Below, piece by piece: positions 22,401 through 30,465 of a DNA stretch of 64,000 nucleotides. The notes below the pieces were generated by a model, which saw only the letters and a list, made by a program, of their open reading frames with translations, was not told the origin of the DNA and did no database searches. Each line of letters opens with the position of its first letter. Positions within the stretch are counted from its first letter, which is position 1. This stretch comes from Thermoanaerobaculia bacterium (lineage in GTDB: Bacteria; Acidobacteriota; Thermoanaerobaculia; Multivoradales; UBA5704), in contig JBGAGQ010000002.1 in assembly GCA_044226625.1 (NCBI GenBank), forward strand, positions 32,001 to 96,000. Direction: 5' to 3'. The position numbers and the translations under genes were made by a program.

Positions 22401-22599
22401 CAATCACTTCATCATGACGTTCCAGACCCAGGGCGTTTACGACCCGTCGTACGGCCGATGGTTCGCCGATCCGGTGGAGTTCGGCAACCAGTCCGTCGAC
22501 GGTTTCATCATGGAACAGAAAACCCCGGGGCTGCCCACGAGCGCGCGGAAGAAGAGCCAAACCGACAACGAGCTTCTCTTCGTTCCACAGGGCTTCTGA
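16486..22599 (+). CDS. Secreted multidomain protein A: 2x DNRLRE-type domains, Cys-paired Ig repeats, carboxypeptidase-regulatory-like domain, PKD, C-terminal transglutaminase/papain-like domain (putative polymorphic toxin)
   Basis: RBS GGAGG upstream and signal peptide ending ASA|QTV. DNRLRE-like 'ADTYLRQ..ANQN...SATLELY...RPRLV'. Catalytic-like 'GTCQAWAALL' (Cys codon 21961), 'FDNHFIM' (~22396), 'YDPSYG' (~22438). Confidence 0.82.
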   Translation: MPGSGAWSFAGRHFGRTALFILGSARIFMGVGASAQTVSLPATADTYLRQSAANQNQGQDVLLHIQQSGHNRTLVAMDPAAIAAAVGTGHLASATLELYVTDSTAWGTAGRTVELHRMTASWTENGATWNCAVDTNPANGAPNCSTQWDGGTFDDEPTDSVLHVNTTSGYVAWNVTEDVRSFLAGTPNYGWLAKLSDETLGGNVDYASRQGSVAVQRPRLVLVVESPAFDQVPPTIAIESPVHPFVINDTTPAISIAYADFGSGLALTTLDVKVDGVAAVCTAGASSASCEPATLGEGAHTIVATVRDVAGNEATATRGFTLLIGPGLRTATFVATADTTLKKSSANQNYGDEPTLRLRQSGKNRSIVRFGTAEVLQLVNQGTLRSASLELFLGVSSGWGKSGRNVDAHRLTADWSEGGATWNCAIDSIPSNGAPNCATQWVGGTFAAAPTATVLHTNGQSGTVSFDVTADLAAVVAGGTDFGWLVKKTDETKSGKADYASREAGAATAPRLVVLFEVPSGGDATPPDIAIVRPAGTVYNQHPVVVGLRLADAGSGIDFESLTVSVGGVDVSSYCGGTAEGSECRFSAPAPGPLEIAASVRDRAGNSASASATFDLVDDPSPPAIDVVSPLSTSLTEGEIPATFEVSLDDAGSGIAPGSFVVTLDGSDLSGCTLETAGASCALPSNLGLGGHPLEAFVRDRADNQSSVFLELNVGPEPHAPEIAVTGPTGDLIHGRTLPELVIEYADAQSGIDPTSFRLEVDGVEATAGCAAGPTSATCPSRPLDPGRHSIVAAISDHRGNVGSANRQLELSIELAVSITEPSEAMLVRSETVRLAGTVSPLATSVTVGSIPASLSGGTWVVENLPLREGGNTLTVVARSPAGGIGSATATVVRDTEAPRVVIQSPADGSISSAAEVFVSGEVIDPASSNVEHPPLTVTVNGEPATVDLRSFVLPEELLHPGENRIEVEATDTAGNVGRASVTVSYLADAPAHVEPISGNFQDAEIRQAVPEPLVVRVADAFGRSLPGRSVEFRVSRGDGSVVSYPDRGRKLSVLTDENGLAEVRFELGSRAGAGNHEVTVTLPGIPGAAVFCASARAAKAKWIQPIVGNDFSGERTGTAGRPLPKPLLVQVFDERGNPVSGVEATFDAIAGGGSFDGLPQVRRVTDREGKASAVYILGPGEGTNNNVVSATFATNEAAPAVFRISGRVPGPAEQTSVSGILLDPEDGPIPGARIHVGTLETRTDAEGRFHLTGVPVGTIHLEIDGSTVTRPGTWPPLGYELVTVAGRDNGVGKPLRLPQIDSAGKMRVGGDHDVTIPIRGVAGATLTVFAHSVTFPDGSHEGDVAFTQVPAQKVPMIAPMNAGFMLAWTIQPAGVRFEPPAQVSIPNFGLPGGGANVPGMTGEIFSFDHDLGEFVSAGTASITEDGRMMRSNPGMGITKTGWGGCPHPPAPPASACGEGTCNDCLGNQPIAKAKLGPVVARANGRDMPRLVRKGEPVSFTLDVTNPPSCALDVTWTFGEGSPVKGDPGSPYSASHTFAKEGAFTVQVEAKCPECDDGPQIDTIDLGVIDPAPSELTFKGAGFHEVLQDTGAGAYKAPHWKDMSSPPNGTAEDMGDHRFPVIYKRGSMPIVDLKVDAKAAGLTATLVADVRIRGGVTSPALHFPAKKVSLEGRLLTLKDLASDAALPNAIDRLDPFEISWEISFDAGNSWEDLGKTSNRIYVTLDDPLPAAAASLYETVVDIGSRNAAHQSSPGSAVTAIFEDFMDRVVTRKERDGFNRPDGKTMQYWSTDRDLNEVIRTGGCQLLSRMINPKSGAAANLNGIGTCQAWAALLHRSIQAMGIEGSQVFEVKPDVTKVPKASSMLISKWLFAPLVRPGANRTLDSEPDVSRDEVDCSHGQTGINPDKVCIYPGEDRAIDSNVLPDDVVSDLGAHPGEPYPYRLFDRVIYRKGDVFDLGNHAAQGTADSPSIFDNHFIMTFQTQGVYDPSYGRWFADPVEFGNQSVDGFIMEQKTPGLPTSARKKSQTDNELLFVPQGF
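16591..18030 (+). repeat. Copy 1 of duplicated N-terminal block (partner ~23808-25245)
   Basis: Long near-identical DNA stretches, e.g. 'gacgtcctgctgcacatccagcagagc' at 16663 and 23880 (offset 7217). Confidence 0.9.
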
Positions 22600-22603
22600 C
22601 GCG

Positions 22604-23587
22604 ATGGGTCCCTCCATGATCGCCTGTTATTTCGCGGCCCTGCTGATCCTCGCGCCTCCGGCTCCGGCCGGGGCCACGAGAGAGCCGGAGATTCTCTCCA
22701 GCCAAAGCGCAGGCGCCGAGGGGAAGGTTTGGGTGCTGGAGCTTCGCGAAAGCCGGGAATCGGGCTCCCGATTCGAGCTTTTCCAGCGTTTCCGGAACGG
22801 CAAGAAATCGCCGACGTTGTGGTCGAAAGAGGTCTCCGTCATGACCCGGCCGTACGTCGAATATTGGCGTGCGACCTTTGCCGTAAACCCGGACGGCGGG
22901 TCGGCTTGGGTCGCCTCCCTCCGCTCGACGAGCGGGACGTTGGCGATCGATCTGGATCTCCTCGTCTCGGGCGGTTCTCCGACGGCAACTCGCCGCATCG
23001 ACATCCGTCGTGCGAGCTCCGGCGTTTGTCGTCCCGAGCTCTTTTCGATCGTCGCGACCGGTGAGGAGGCGCTGATCGGGCTTCGCTGCGGTGGACCGAC
23101 GCGATGGATCGGATATTCGGAGCGAGAGCACGACTGGTTCCAGCTGGGTCCGGAGCGACGAAAGGTTGCGGGCCGTTCCGGCAGCGGCAAACTGGTCGAC
23201 GGTTGGCCGAAGGATGACGGCGTGCCCATCGATCCCAACGCCGACTGGCCGCCGCCGAAGATCGCCATCGTCGAGCCGTCGCGGGAAGTCGTTTCCGATC
23301 CGAATTTCTCGAGCGTCGTCCTGTCTTATGAGGATCCCGACGATCCGATCGATCCTTCGTCGCTCAAGGTCGGAATCGACGGCGTTCCTCTGTCCTGCAC
23401 CTTCGGCTTCGCCAAGATCACCTGCGCCGTCGAGAACCTCGAAGAGGGCTTTCACACCCTCTCGGCGGAGATCCGTAGCCGATCCGATTATTGGGCCACT
23501 ACGGCGTTCAACTTCATCTATCGACCGGACGCGGGGTCTCCGCCGTCGGCGGTCGGTGGCGGACCGCCGGTTGGAACGGTTCCTTGA
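22604..23587 (+). CDS. Secreted hypothetical protein with a C-terminal Ig repeat like those of proteins A/B; candidate immunity protein for A
   Basis: Starts 4 nt after the A stop; signal peptide (MIACYFAALLILAPPAPAGA). C-terminal 'PPKIAIVEP...IDPSSLKVGIDG..LSC.......C....LEEGFHTLSAEIR'. Confidence 0.7.
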   Translation: MGPSMIACYFAALLILAPPAPAGATREPEILSSQSAGAEGKVWVLELRESRESGSRFELFQRFRNGKKSPTLWSKEVSVMTRPYVEYWRATFAVNPDGGSAWVASLRSTSGTLAIDLDLLVSGGSPTATRRIDIRRASSGVCRPELFSIVATGEEALIGLRCGGPTRWIGYSEREHDWFQLGPERRKVAGRSGSGKLVDGWPKDDGVPIDPNADWPPPKIAIVEPSREVVSDPNFSSVVLSYEDPDDPIDPSSLKVGIDGVPLSCTFGFAKITCAVENLEEGFHTLSAEIRSRSDYWATTAFNFIYRPDAGSPPSAVGGGPPVGTVP

Positions 23588-23726
23588 CCCCTCGCTCGCT
23601 GCCGCCGTGGTCGTCCTCGACCGTACCGATCGGCGCCGTATGACACCGATCAAGATTTCGATAGCCCCGTGGCGAGGTGTAGGGCTACCTTCCATGCTCG
23701 GTCTGTCGGTCTTGGGAGGGCGTCCT

Positions 23727-26700
23727 ATGGCGGGTTCCGGATTGCGAAGGGCGGTGGGTCTTCTTGCGGCCGCGGTGGCCCTCCTCGCGGGCGGGAGGGC
23801 GTCGGCTCAAACGGTCTCGATCCCCGCGACGGCTGATACCTACCTGCGCCAAAGCTCGGCGAATCAAAACCAAGGCCAAGACGTCCTGCTGCACATCCAG
23901 CAGAGCGGCCACAACCGGACGCTCGTGGCGATGGACCCCGCGGCGATCGCTTCCGCCGTGGGGACCGGGCACCTGGCCTCGGCGACGCTCGAGCTCTACG
24001 TCACCGACAGCACGGCGTGGGGGACGGCGGGCCGCACGGTCGACCTCCACCGGATGACGGCGCCTTGGACCGAGAACGGCGCGACCTGGAACTGCGCGGT
24101 CGACACGAATCCCGCCAACGGCTCTCCGAATTGCGCGACGCAGTGGGACGGCGGAACGTTCGACGACGAGCCGAGCGACTCGGTCCTCCACCTGAATACG
24201 ACGAGCGGCTACGTCGCCTGGAACGTGACGGAGGACGTTCGGTCGTTCCTCGCCGGGACGCCGAACTACGGCTGGCTCGCGAAGCTCTCGGACGAGACGC
24301 TCGGTGGCAATGTGGATTACGCGTCGCGGCAGGGGAGCGTGGCCGTCCAGCGTCCGCGGTTGGTGCTGGTGGTCGAAAGCCCTACTTTCGATCAGGTGCC
24401 GCCCACGATCGCGATCGAGAGCCCCGACCATCCGTTCGTGATCAACGATGCGACGCCCGCGATCTCGATCGCCTACGCCGATTTCGGCAGCGGACTCGCG
24501 CTTACGACGCTCGACGTGAAGGTGGACGGCATGGCGGCGGTTTGCACGGCGGGCGCTTCGTCGGCGACGTGTGAGCCGGCGGCGCTCGGCGAAGGCACGC
24601 ATACGATCGTCGCCAAGGTGCGCGACGCAGCGGGGAACGAAGCGACCGCGACGCGCGGCTTCACCCTTCTGATCGGTCCGGGTCTGCGGACGGCGACGTT
24701 CGTCGCGACGGCCGACACGACCCTCAAGAAGAGCTCGGCGAACCAGAACTACGGCGGCGAGGCGACGTTGCGGCTGCGGCAGAGCGGCAAGAACCGTTCG
24801 CTCGTGCGTTTCAATACGACCGAGGTCTTACAGCTGGTTAGCCAGGGCACGCTCCGCTCTGCGTTTTTGGAGCTGACGCTCCAGGTGAGCAGCGGATGGG
24901 GGACGGCGGGGCGGCCGATCGACGTGCACCGGCTGACCGGGGACTGGAATGAGGCGGGCGCGACCTGGAACTGCGGGATCGACTCGATCCCGACCAACGG
25001 CGCGCCGAACTGCGCAACCCAGTGGGCGGGCGGTACGTTCGCCACACCGACGGCGACGGTGGTGCACAGGAACGGGCAGCTGGGGACCGTATCGTTCGAC
25101 GTGACCTCGGACCTCGCGGCCATCGTGGCGGGGGGGAGCGACTACGGCTGGTTGGTGAAAAAGACGGACGAGACGAAGAGCGGGCGGGCGGACTACGCAT
25201 CGCGCGAGACTGGAGCGGCGAACGCGCCGCGCCTGGTCGTGGTGGTCGACGTGCCGGACGGCGGGGGCGATACGACGCCGCCGACGATCGCGATTACGGC
25301 GCCAACGTCGGCGCTGATCTTCAACGTTTCGACCCCGGAGATTCGAGTGGAGTACTCCGATGTGGGTTCGGGGCTCGCCCTGGCGAGCCTGCGCGTCTCG
25401 ATCGACGGCTCGGTCCTCACGGGCTGCTCGGTCGGTGCCGCGGCCGCGACCTGCGCGCCGAGCTCCTTGGCGGACGGTAGCCACCTCGTCGAGGCCGAGA
25501 TCGCCGACGCGGCCGGAAACCGTGGCTCGGCTGGTGCGAGCTTCACGATCACGCGGGACGACGATCCGCCGACGATCGACATCGTGGCGCCGGAAGGAAC
25601 GCTTTTCAACCCCTCCGCGACCGAGATCAGCGTCGAATTCACCGACGAGCTATCGGGGATCGACGTTGGCGGTCTCGCCGTCTCGATCGACGGCGCGACG
25701 CTCGGGGGGTGCGCCGTCACCGAGTCGACCGCGACTTGCGCCGCGGGATCGCTCGCCGCGGGTACCCACGTGATCCGCGCCGAAGTTCACGATGGCGCCG
25801 GTAACCTCGCGAGCGCGGTCGAGAACGTGGAGATCGTGCGCGATACGGAGGCTCCAATCCTTGCGATCACGTCGCCGCCTGTGGCTGGGAGCACCGCCGG
25901 TGCCGTGAGCGACCTCGAGGTCACGTTCGCCGACGCGGGCTCTGGGGTGGCGATCGAGACGTTCCGCGCGACCGTGGACGGCGTCGTGCTGTCGAGCTGC
26001 GCCACGTCGCTCAGCGGTGCGGCCTGTACGCTTTCGAGCCTCGGACCGGGCAGCCATTCGATCGCGGTCGAGATCGCAGACCAGGCGGGCAATCATGGAA
26101 CCGCCAGTCGTGACCTCTCGGTGGCGCCGGAGCGGGTCGCGCCGTTCCTGCGGATTCTCGCGCCGACGGGAGCTCCCATCGACGGTGGACAGATCCCCGC
26201 CATCGAGCTCGCCTACGGCGATGCGCAAAGCGGTATCGATTCCGCCTCGCTCCGCGTCACGCTCGACGAGCGGGACGTCACCTCGTCTTGCCAGGCGGGG
26301 TTGACCTCGGCCCACTGTGGCCCGCAATTCGTTGGTTCCGGCGCGCATACGATCGTCGCCGAAATCTCCGACACGTTGGGAAATCCGGCGCGGGCGCTGC
26401 TCGACGTGACCACTTCCTTGGCGCTTTCGCTCGCGATCACCGCGCCGGAAAGCGGTGCGATCGTTCGAGAACCGACAGTTCGTCTGGCAGGGACCGTTTC
26501 GCCGCAGGCGACATCCGTGTCAGTGGGCGACGTACCGGCGCAGGTGAGCGGAGGCCTTTGGGTCCTACCGGCGATGCCGATCCGCGAGGGGGGCAATACC
26601 CTCACCGTCGTCGCTCGGTCGCCACAGGGAGGCGTCGGAACCGCGACCGTCGCGATCATCCGCGACTCCGAAGCACCTCGGGTAGCGATCCTCACTCCAC

Positions 26701-29700
26701 GCGACGGTTTCGTCACCAGCGCCTCGCAGATCGTCGTCTCGGGCGATCTGGTCGACGCGGTCTCGACTTCGTCGAAACAGCGCGCGCTCAAGGTTCTGGT
26801 CAACGAGCGCGAGGCGACGGTCGAGCGGAAGAGCTTCGTGCTCACCGACCACTTGCTGCTGCCGGGTGAGAATCGGATCGAGGTGACGGCGGAAGACGAG
26901 GCGGGCAACGTCGGCCGCTCGGCGGTCACGGTGCGCTACGTGCCCGATGCGCTGGCGCGGATCGAGGAGATCTCCGGCAATTTCCAGGAGGCCGAGAGCC
27001 GCGACACGCTCGACCAACCGCTGGTGGTGCGGGTGGTCGACTTCCTCGGGCGTCCGCTCGCGGGGCGGACGGTCGATTTCGCGGTCACGCGAGGCGACGG
27101 CGCGGTGCTGTCGTTCCCGGACGCCGCGCGCCGGCTCTCGGCGGTGACCGACGAAGAAGGGCTCGCGGCGATGCGCTTCGCGCTCGGCACGCGGGCCGGC
27201 GCGGGCAACCACGAGGTGACGGTGAGCTCGGTGGGGATTCCGGGCTCGGTGCTGTTTTGCGCCTCGGCGCGGCCGAAAGCGGCCAAGGACATCCACCCGA
27301 TCGTTGCGACCGACTTCCAGGGGGCAAAGACGGGCCCGGCGGGGCAGGCTCTGCCGAAGCCGCTGTTCGTCCAAGTGTTTGACGGCTTCGGCAATCCGGT
27401 GGCGGGGCAGGCGGTGGTGTTCCGTTCGGTCGAAGGGGGCGGCACGTTCGCCGGCGCCTCCGAGCTGCGGGCGACGACCGATGACGAAGGCAAGGCCGGA
27501 GCGGTGCTCACGCTCGGTCCCGACGAGGGGATCAACAACAACCGGGTGGAAGCGAGCCTGGAGGGCTCGACGGTGCTGCCGGCGGCGTTCGTGATCAGCG
27601 GCATGATTCCAGGGCCGGCGGAGCTGACCGCGCTTTCCGGGATCGTTCTCGATCCGAGCGACGCGCCGGTGCCCGGAGCGCGGATCCACATCGGCTCGAA
27701 CGTGACGCTCACGGACGCCGAAGGGCGGTTTCGCTTGAACGGCGTGCCGGTGGGCACGGTGCACGTCGAGATCGACGGCTCGACGGTGACGCGTCCGGGG
27801 ACCTGGCCGCCGCTCGGCTACGAGCTGGTGATGATCTCCGGGCGGGTGAACGACCTGGGCAAGCCGATGCGTCTGCCGCAGATCGACGACGCGGGAAAGA
27901 AACGTGTCGGCGGCGACCAGGACGTGACGATTCCTATCCAAGGCGTGGCGGGCGCGACGCTCACGGTTTACGCCCACTCGGTTACGTTCCCGGACGGGAG
28001 CCACGAAGGGGACGTGGCGTTCACCCAGGTGCCTGCGCAAAAGGTGCCGATGGTGGCGCCGCAGGACGCGGGATTCATGTTGGCTTGGACGATTCAACCG
28101 GCGGGGGTTCGTTTCGATCCGCCGGCGCGGGTGTCGATCCCGAACTTCGGGGCTCCGGGAGGCGGCGGCAATCCGCCGGGATTGACCGGAGAGATCTTCT
28201 CGTTCGATCACGATCTCGGGGAGTTCATCAGCGCGGGGACGGCTTCGATCACGGAAGACGGCCGGATGATGATGTCGAACCCGGGAATGGGGATCTCGAA
28301 GACGGGCTGGGGGGGCTGTCCGCATCCGCCGGCGCCGCCGGCGCAGGCCTGCGGCTCGGGAACCTGCACGATCTGCCCCGCGGATGGCGGTCCGCCGGTA
28401 TCGAACTGCGGGGCCTGTCAGGTATGCACGGATCAAGGCTGTCGAGATCGCAAGATCGACAGCGTCACCGCCGAAGGTGAACCGATCGATCCGGACGCGC
28501 CGGCCGGTGCCTCTTTACTTCAGCCGAACGACGGTGGCGGAGACGGCCAGGCGCAGGAGCCGGTCTATGTCGGGGAAGGGGAGCCTCTGCGTCTGCTGTC
28601 GGACCGGCTCCGAGGCGATTGCCCTTCCGGGCAGATCAACGCGACTTGGTCGTTCGGCGACGGTTCCGAACCCAAGGATGGGCGAACGGTCGAGCACACC
28701 TATGACGAAGAGGGCGAACACATGGCCGAAGTGCGCCTGGAGTGCGTCTGCCCCACGACGCTCAAGGCGGCTGGGCCTCCGGTGACCGACTCGATCGGCA
28801 TTCAGGTCGTCAAAGCGATGGATGGCTTCTACAAAATGATCGAGAAGGAAGAGAAGCTCACCATCGTCGACAAGGACGAGGACGGAGACGGCAAGAAGGA
28901 CAACTTCTTCCGGGTCCTGGGGGGCGCGCGGTTGCGTCTCGAGCTCAATCCGCCGGCCGTACTTCAGGCGCAGGTTACGGAGTACCGGTGGCAGGTCGAC
29001 GAAGAAGACGGTCACGGCGGCTTCTACGACGGCTACAGCCCTAATGCCAACGGGCTGCATGACGAGCAGCTCAAGGGACCGGACTTGCGCCAAATCTACT
29101 GGCAATCGCCGGATGGCGTGAACAAAGACTTTTTCATCGACGTGTACCTCAAGCTGCGCGATGTCGAGGCTCCTCTGCACCTTCGCCGCCGGGTCAAGAC
29201 GCGCGTTCTAGCGGCCGGCGTCGAAGATGGCGACGATGTGAAGATGCTTCAATCGCAACTGCGTCTCTTCGGCTTCACCGGCGGCACGACGCCCGGCTAT
29301 GCGGGAACGCCGATCAACCCGGACGGCAACTTCGGCGGAAAGACGACGCGCGGCGTGATGCGCTTTCAAGACGTCGATGATCTCGCGACTTCCGGCGTGG
29401 TGATGGATGACACGTTGATCCAGCTCGCTCGGCACTGGCGGGATTTCTACTATGCCTATGAAGCGTTTCCCAACGATCCGAGGATCGACAAGTTCCATTC
29501 GGACTTCGAAACTTGGGTGACCGCCGCCGCGGACGATCTCGCCATGACCTACACCGACGCCGTGGTCCAGATTCTGCGTCCTGGAACGGCGGGGGACGAC
29601 GGGCGCAAGGACTTGATCCGGGCGTGGGCAAGGCAGGAGTCCGACCAGGGTCAGTGGGGCTACGGCGGTCACAACTTCCGTATCACCATGGGGGCCGCGG

Positions 29701-30458
29701 ACGAGGAAGGAAGTATCGGGTTCGATCAGATCGTCAACACCCACAAGTACGGAACGCTTAACATTGCCTCGATCGAGGATCTGAACCTCTACCACCCGAA
29801 GGACAACGTTCGGGGGTTCGCCGTCTTCTCTGCCGACCACGATGCCGAGGCCAAGAGCGGCGGGGGATTCCACAAAGGTTTCGGCGACGGCAGCTACACG
29901 ACCAGCGGCCATCCGACGGACTATCCCCGGCTTGCGAACTACACCGACGATACCAGGGCGATCCTGTTGAAATCGGTGATGGCGTACAACCGCGGGTCGG
30001 GGGACAGCGCCGCACTGCGTGAACCGTGGGCGGACATGTTGAGGAACTACGACGCCTTGCCGGCGAACACGAAGATGCACGGCCGGCGGTCGGCGATGCG
30101 TTACGCGCTGGACGTGACCGCGAGAGGCGGCGTGGGCCACGGTTGTTTCAACTGGATCGAGAAGGTGATCACCACCGGCCCCGACGACAAGTGCGACTCG
30201 ACCCGAGCCGGCTCGGACGTCAGCGTGGCGACCCTGCAACCTGGAGTGAAAAATCAGGTCTGCATCTATCCGGGAGTTCAAACTCTCAACCTTGGCAACC
30301 GCCAGCACGACGTCCGGCGCATCGCCAACCTCCATTCTGCGGCCGACGCCAACGACCACATGACGACATGGACCTACTCCTATTGCGAATCGGAATGGCT
30401 CGCGCTGACGACCTGGGAAGTCCGTCGCTTGCAACAACTTCCCGCCATCTTGCCGTGA
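23727..30458 (+). CDS. Secreted multidomain protein B: paralog of A with peptidoglycan-binding domain + lytic transglycosylase (SLT-like) C-terminus (putative polymorphic toxin)
   Basis: RBS GGGAGGG, ATG 23727, signal MAGSGLRRAVGLLAAAVALLAGGRASA|QTV. PG-binding 'GDDVKMLQSQL...DGNFGGKTTRGVMRFQ...SGVV'; SLT-like motifs 'LIRAWARQES', 'GSIGFDQI', 'NLYHPKDNV', 'MAYNRG'. Confidence 0.83.
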   Translation: MAGSGLRRAVGLLAAAVALLAGGRASAQTVSIPATADTYLRQSSANQNQGQDVLLHIQQSGHNRTLVAMDPAAIASAVGTGHLASATLELYVTDSTAWGTAGRTVDLHRMTAPWTENGATWNCAVDTNPANGSPNCATQWDGGTFDDEPSDSVLHLNTTSGYVAWNVTEDVRSFLAGTPNYGWLAKLSDETLGGNVDYASRQGSVAVQRPRLVLVVESPTFDQVPPTIAIESPDHPFVINDATPAISIAYADFGSGLALTTLDVKVDGMAAVCTAGASSATCEPAALGEGTHTIVAKVRDAAGNEATATRGFTLLIGPGLRTATFVATADTTLKKSSANQNYGGEATLRLRQSGKNRSLVRFNTTEVLQLVSQGTLRSAFLELTLQVSSGWGTAGRPIDVHRLTGDWNEAGATWNCGIDSIPTNGAPNCATQWAGGTFATPTATVVHRNGQLGTVSFDVTSDLAAIVAGGSDYGWLVKKTDETKSGRADYASRETGAANAPRLVVVVDVPDGGGDTTPPTIAITAPTSALIFNVSTPEIRVEYSDVGSGLALASLRVSIDGSVLTGCSVGAAAATCAPSSLADGSHLVEAEIADAAGNRGSAGASFTITRDDDPPTIDIVAPEGTLFNPSATEISVEFTDELSGIDVGGLAVSIDGATLGGCAVTESTATCAAGSLAAGTHVIRAEVHDGAGNLASAVENVEIVRDTEAPILAITSPPVAGSTAGAVSDLEVTFADAGSGVAIETFRATVDGVVLSSCATSLSGAACTLSSLGPGSHSIAVEIADQAGNHGTASRDLSVAPERVAPFLRILAPTGAPIDGGQIPAIELAYGDAQSGIDSASLRVTLDERDVTSSCQAGLTSAHCGPQFVGSGAHTIVAEISDTLGNPARALLDVTTSLALSLAITAPESGAIVREPTVRLAGTVSPQATSVSVGDVPAQVSGGLWVLPAMPIREGGNTLTVVARSPQGGVGTATVAIIRDSEAPRVAILTPRDGFVTSASQIVVSGDLVDAVSTSSKQRALKVLVNEREATVERKSFVLTDHLLLPGENRIEVTAEDEAGNVGRSAVTVRYVPDALARIEEISGNFQEAESRDTLDQPLVVRVVDFLGRPLAGRTVDFAVTRGDGAVLSFPDAARRLSAVTDEEGLAAMRFALGTRAGAGNHEVTVSSVGIPGSVLFCASARPKAAKDIHPIVATDFQGAKTGPAGQALPKPLFVQVFDGFGNPVAGQAVVFRSVEGGGTFAGASELRATTDDEGKAGAVLTLGPDEGINNNRVEASLEGSTVLPAAFVISGMIPGPAELTALSGIVLDPSDAPVPGARIHIGSNVTLTDAEGRFRLNGVPVGTVHVEIDGSTVTRPGTWPPLGYELVMISGRVNDLGKPMRLPQIDDAGKKRVGGDQDVTIPIQGVAGATLTVYAHSVTFPDGSHEGDVAFTQVPAQKVPMVAPQDAGFMLAWTIQPAGVRFDPPARVSIPNFGAPGGGGNPPGLTGEIFSFDHDLGEFISAGTASITEDGRMMMSNPGMGISKTGWGGCPHPPAPPAQACGSGTCTICPADGGPPVSNCGACQVCTDQGCRDRKIDSVTAEGEPIDPDAPAGASLLQPNDGGGDGQAQEPVYVGEGEPLRLLSDRLRGDCPSGQINATWSFGDGSEPKDGRTVEHTYDEEGEHMAEVRLECVCPTTLKAAGPPVTDSIGIQVVKAMDGFYKMIEKEEKLTIVDKDEDGDGKKDNFFRVLGGARLRLELNPPAVLQAQVTEYRWQVDEEDGHGGFYDGYSPNANGLHDEQLKGPDLRQIYWQSPDGVNKDFFIDVYLKLRDVEAPLHLRRRVKTRVLAAGVEDGDDVKMLQSQLRLFGFTGGTTPGYAGTPINPDGNFGGKTTRGVMRFQDVDDLATSGVVMDDTLIQLARHWRDFYYAYEAFPNDPRIDKFHSDFETWVTAAADDLAMTYTDAVVQILRPGTAGDDGRKDLIRAWARQESDQGQWGYGGHNFRITMGAADEEGSIGFDQIVNTHKYGTLNIASIEDLNLYHPKDNVRGFAVFSADHDAEAKSGGGFHKGFGDGSYTTSGHPTDYPRLANYTDDTRAILLKSVMAYNRGSGDSAALREPWADMLRNYDALPANTKMHGRRSAMRYALDVTARGGVGHGCFNWIEKVITTGPDDKCDSTRAGSDVSVATLQPGVKNQVCIYPGVQTLNLGNRQHDVRRIANLHSAADANDHMTTWTYSYCESEWLALTTWEVRRLQQLPAILP
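23808..25245 (+). repeat. Copy 2 of duplicated N-terminal block (partner ~16591-18030)
   Basis: See copy 1. A second homologous block links ~18630-20870 with ~26130-28367. Confidence 0.9.
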
Positions 30459-30465
30459 GGAAACG

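Noticed and set aside
16600-22617. 2,005-aa antisense ORF, plus other long antisense ORFs (1598-3238, 7708-9786, 31590-33869, 41397-43907)
   Set aside because: Shadow frames of GC-biased genuine genes on the opposite strand; Arg-rich low-information translations with no motifs.
16486-30458. Classifying proteins A/B as Rhs/YD, CdiA or T6SS effectors
   Set aside because: No YD repeats, no Rhs core ending in DPxG, no TPS/haemagglutinin repeats, no PAAR/VgrG/MIX; both have Sec-type signal peptides.
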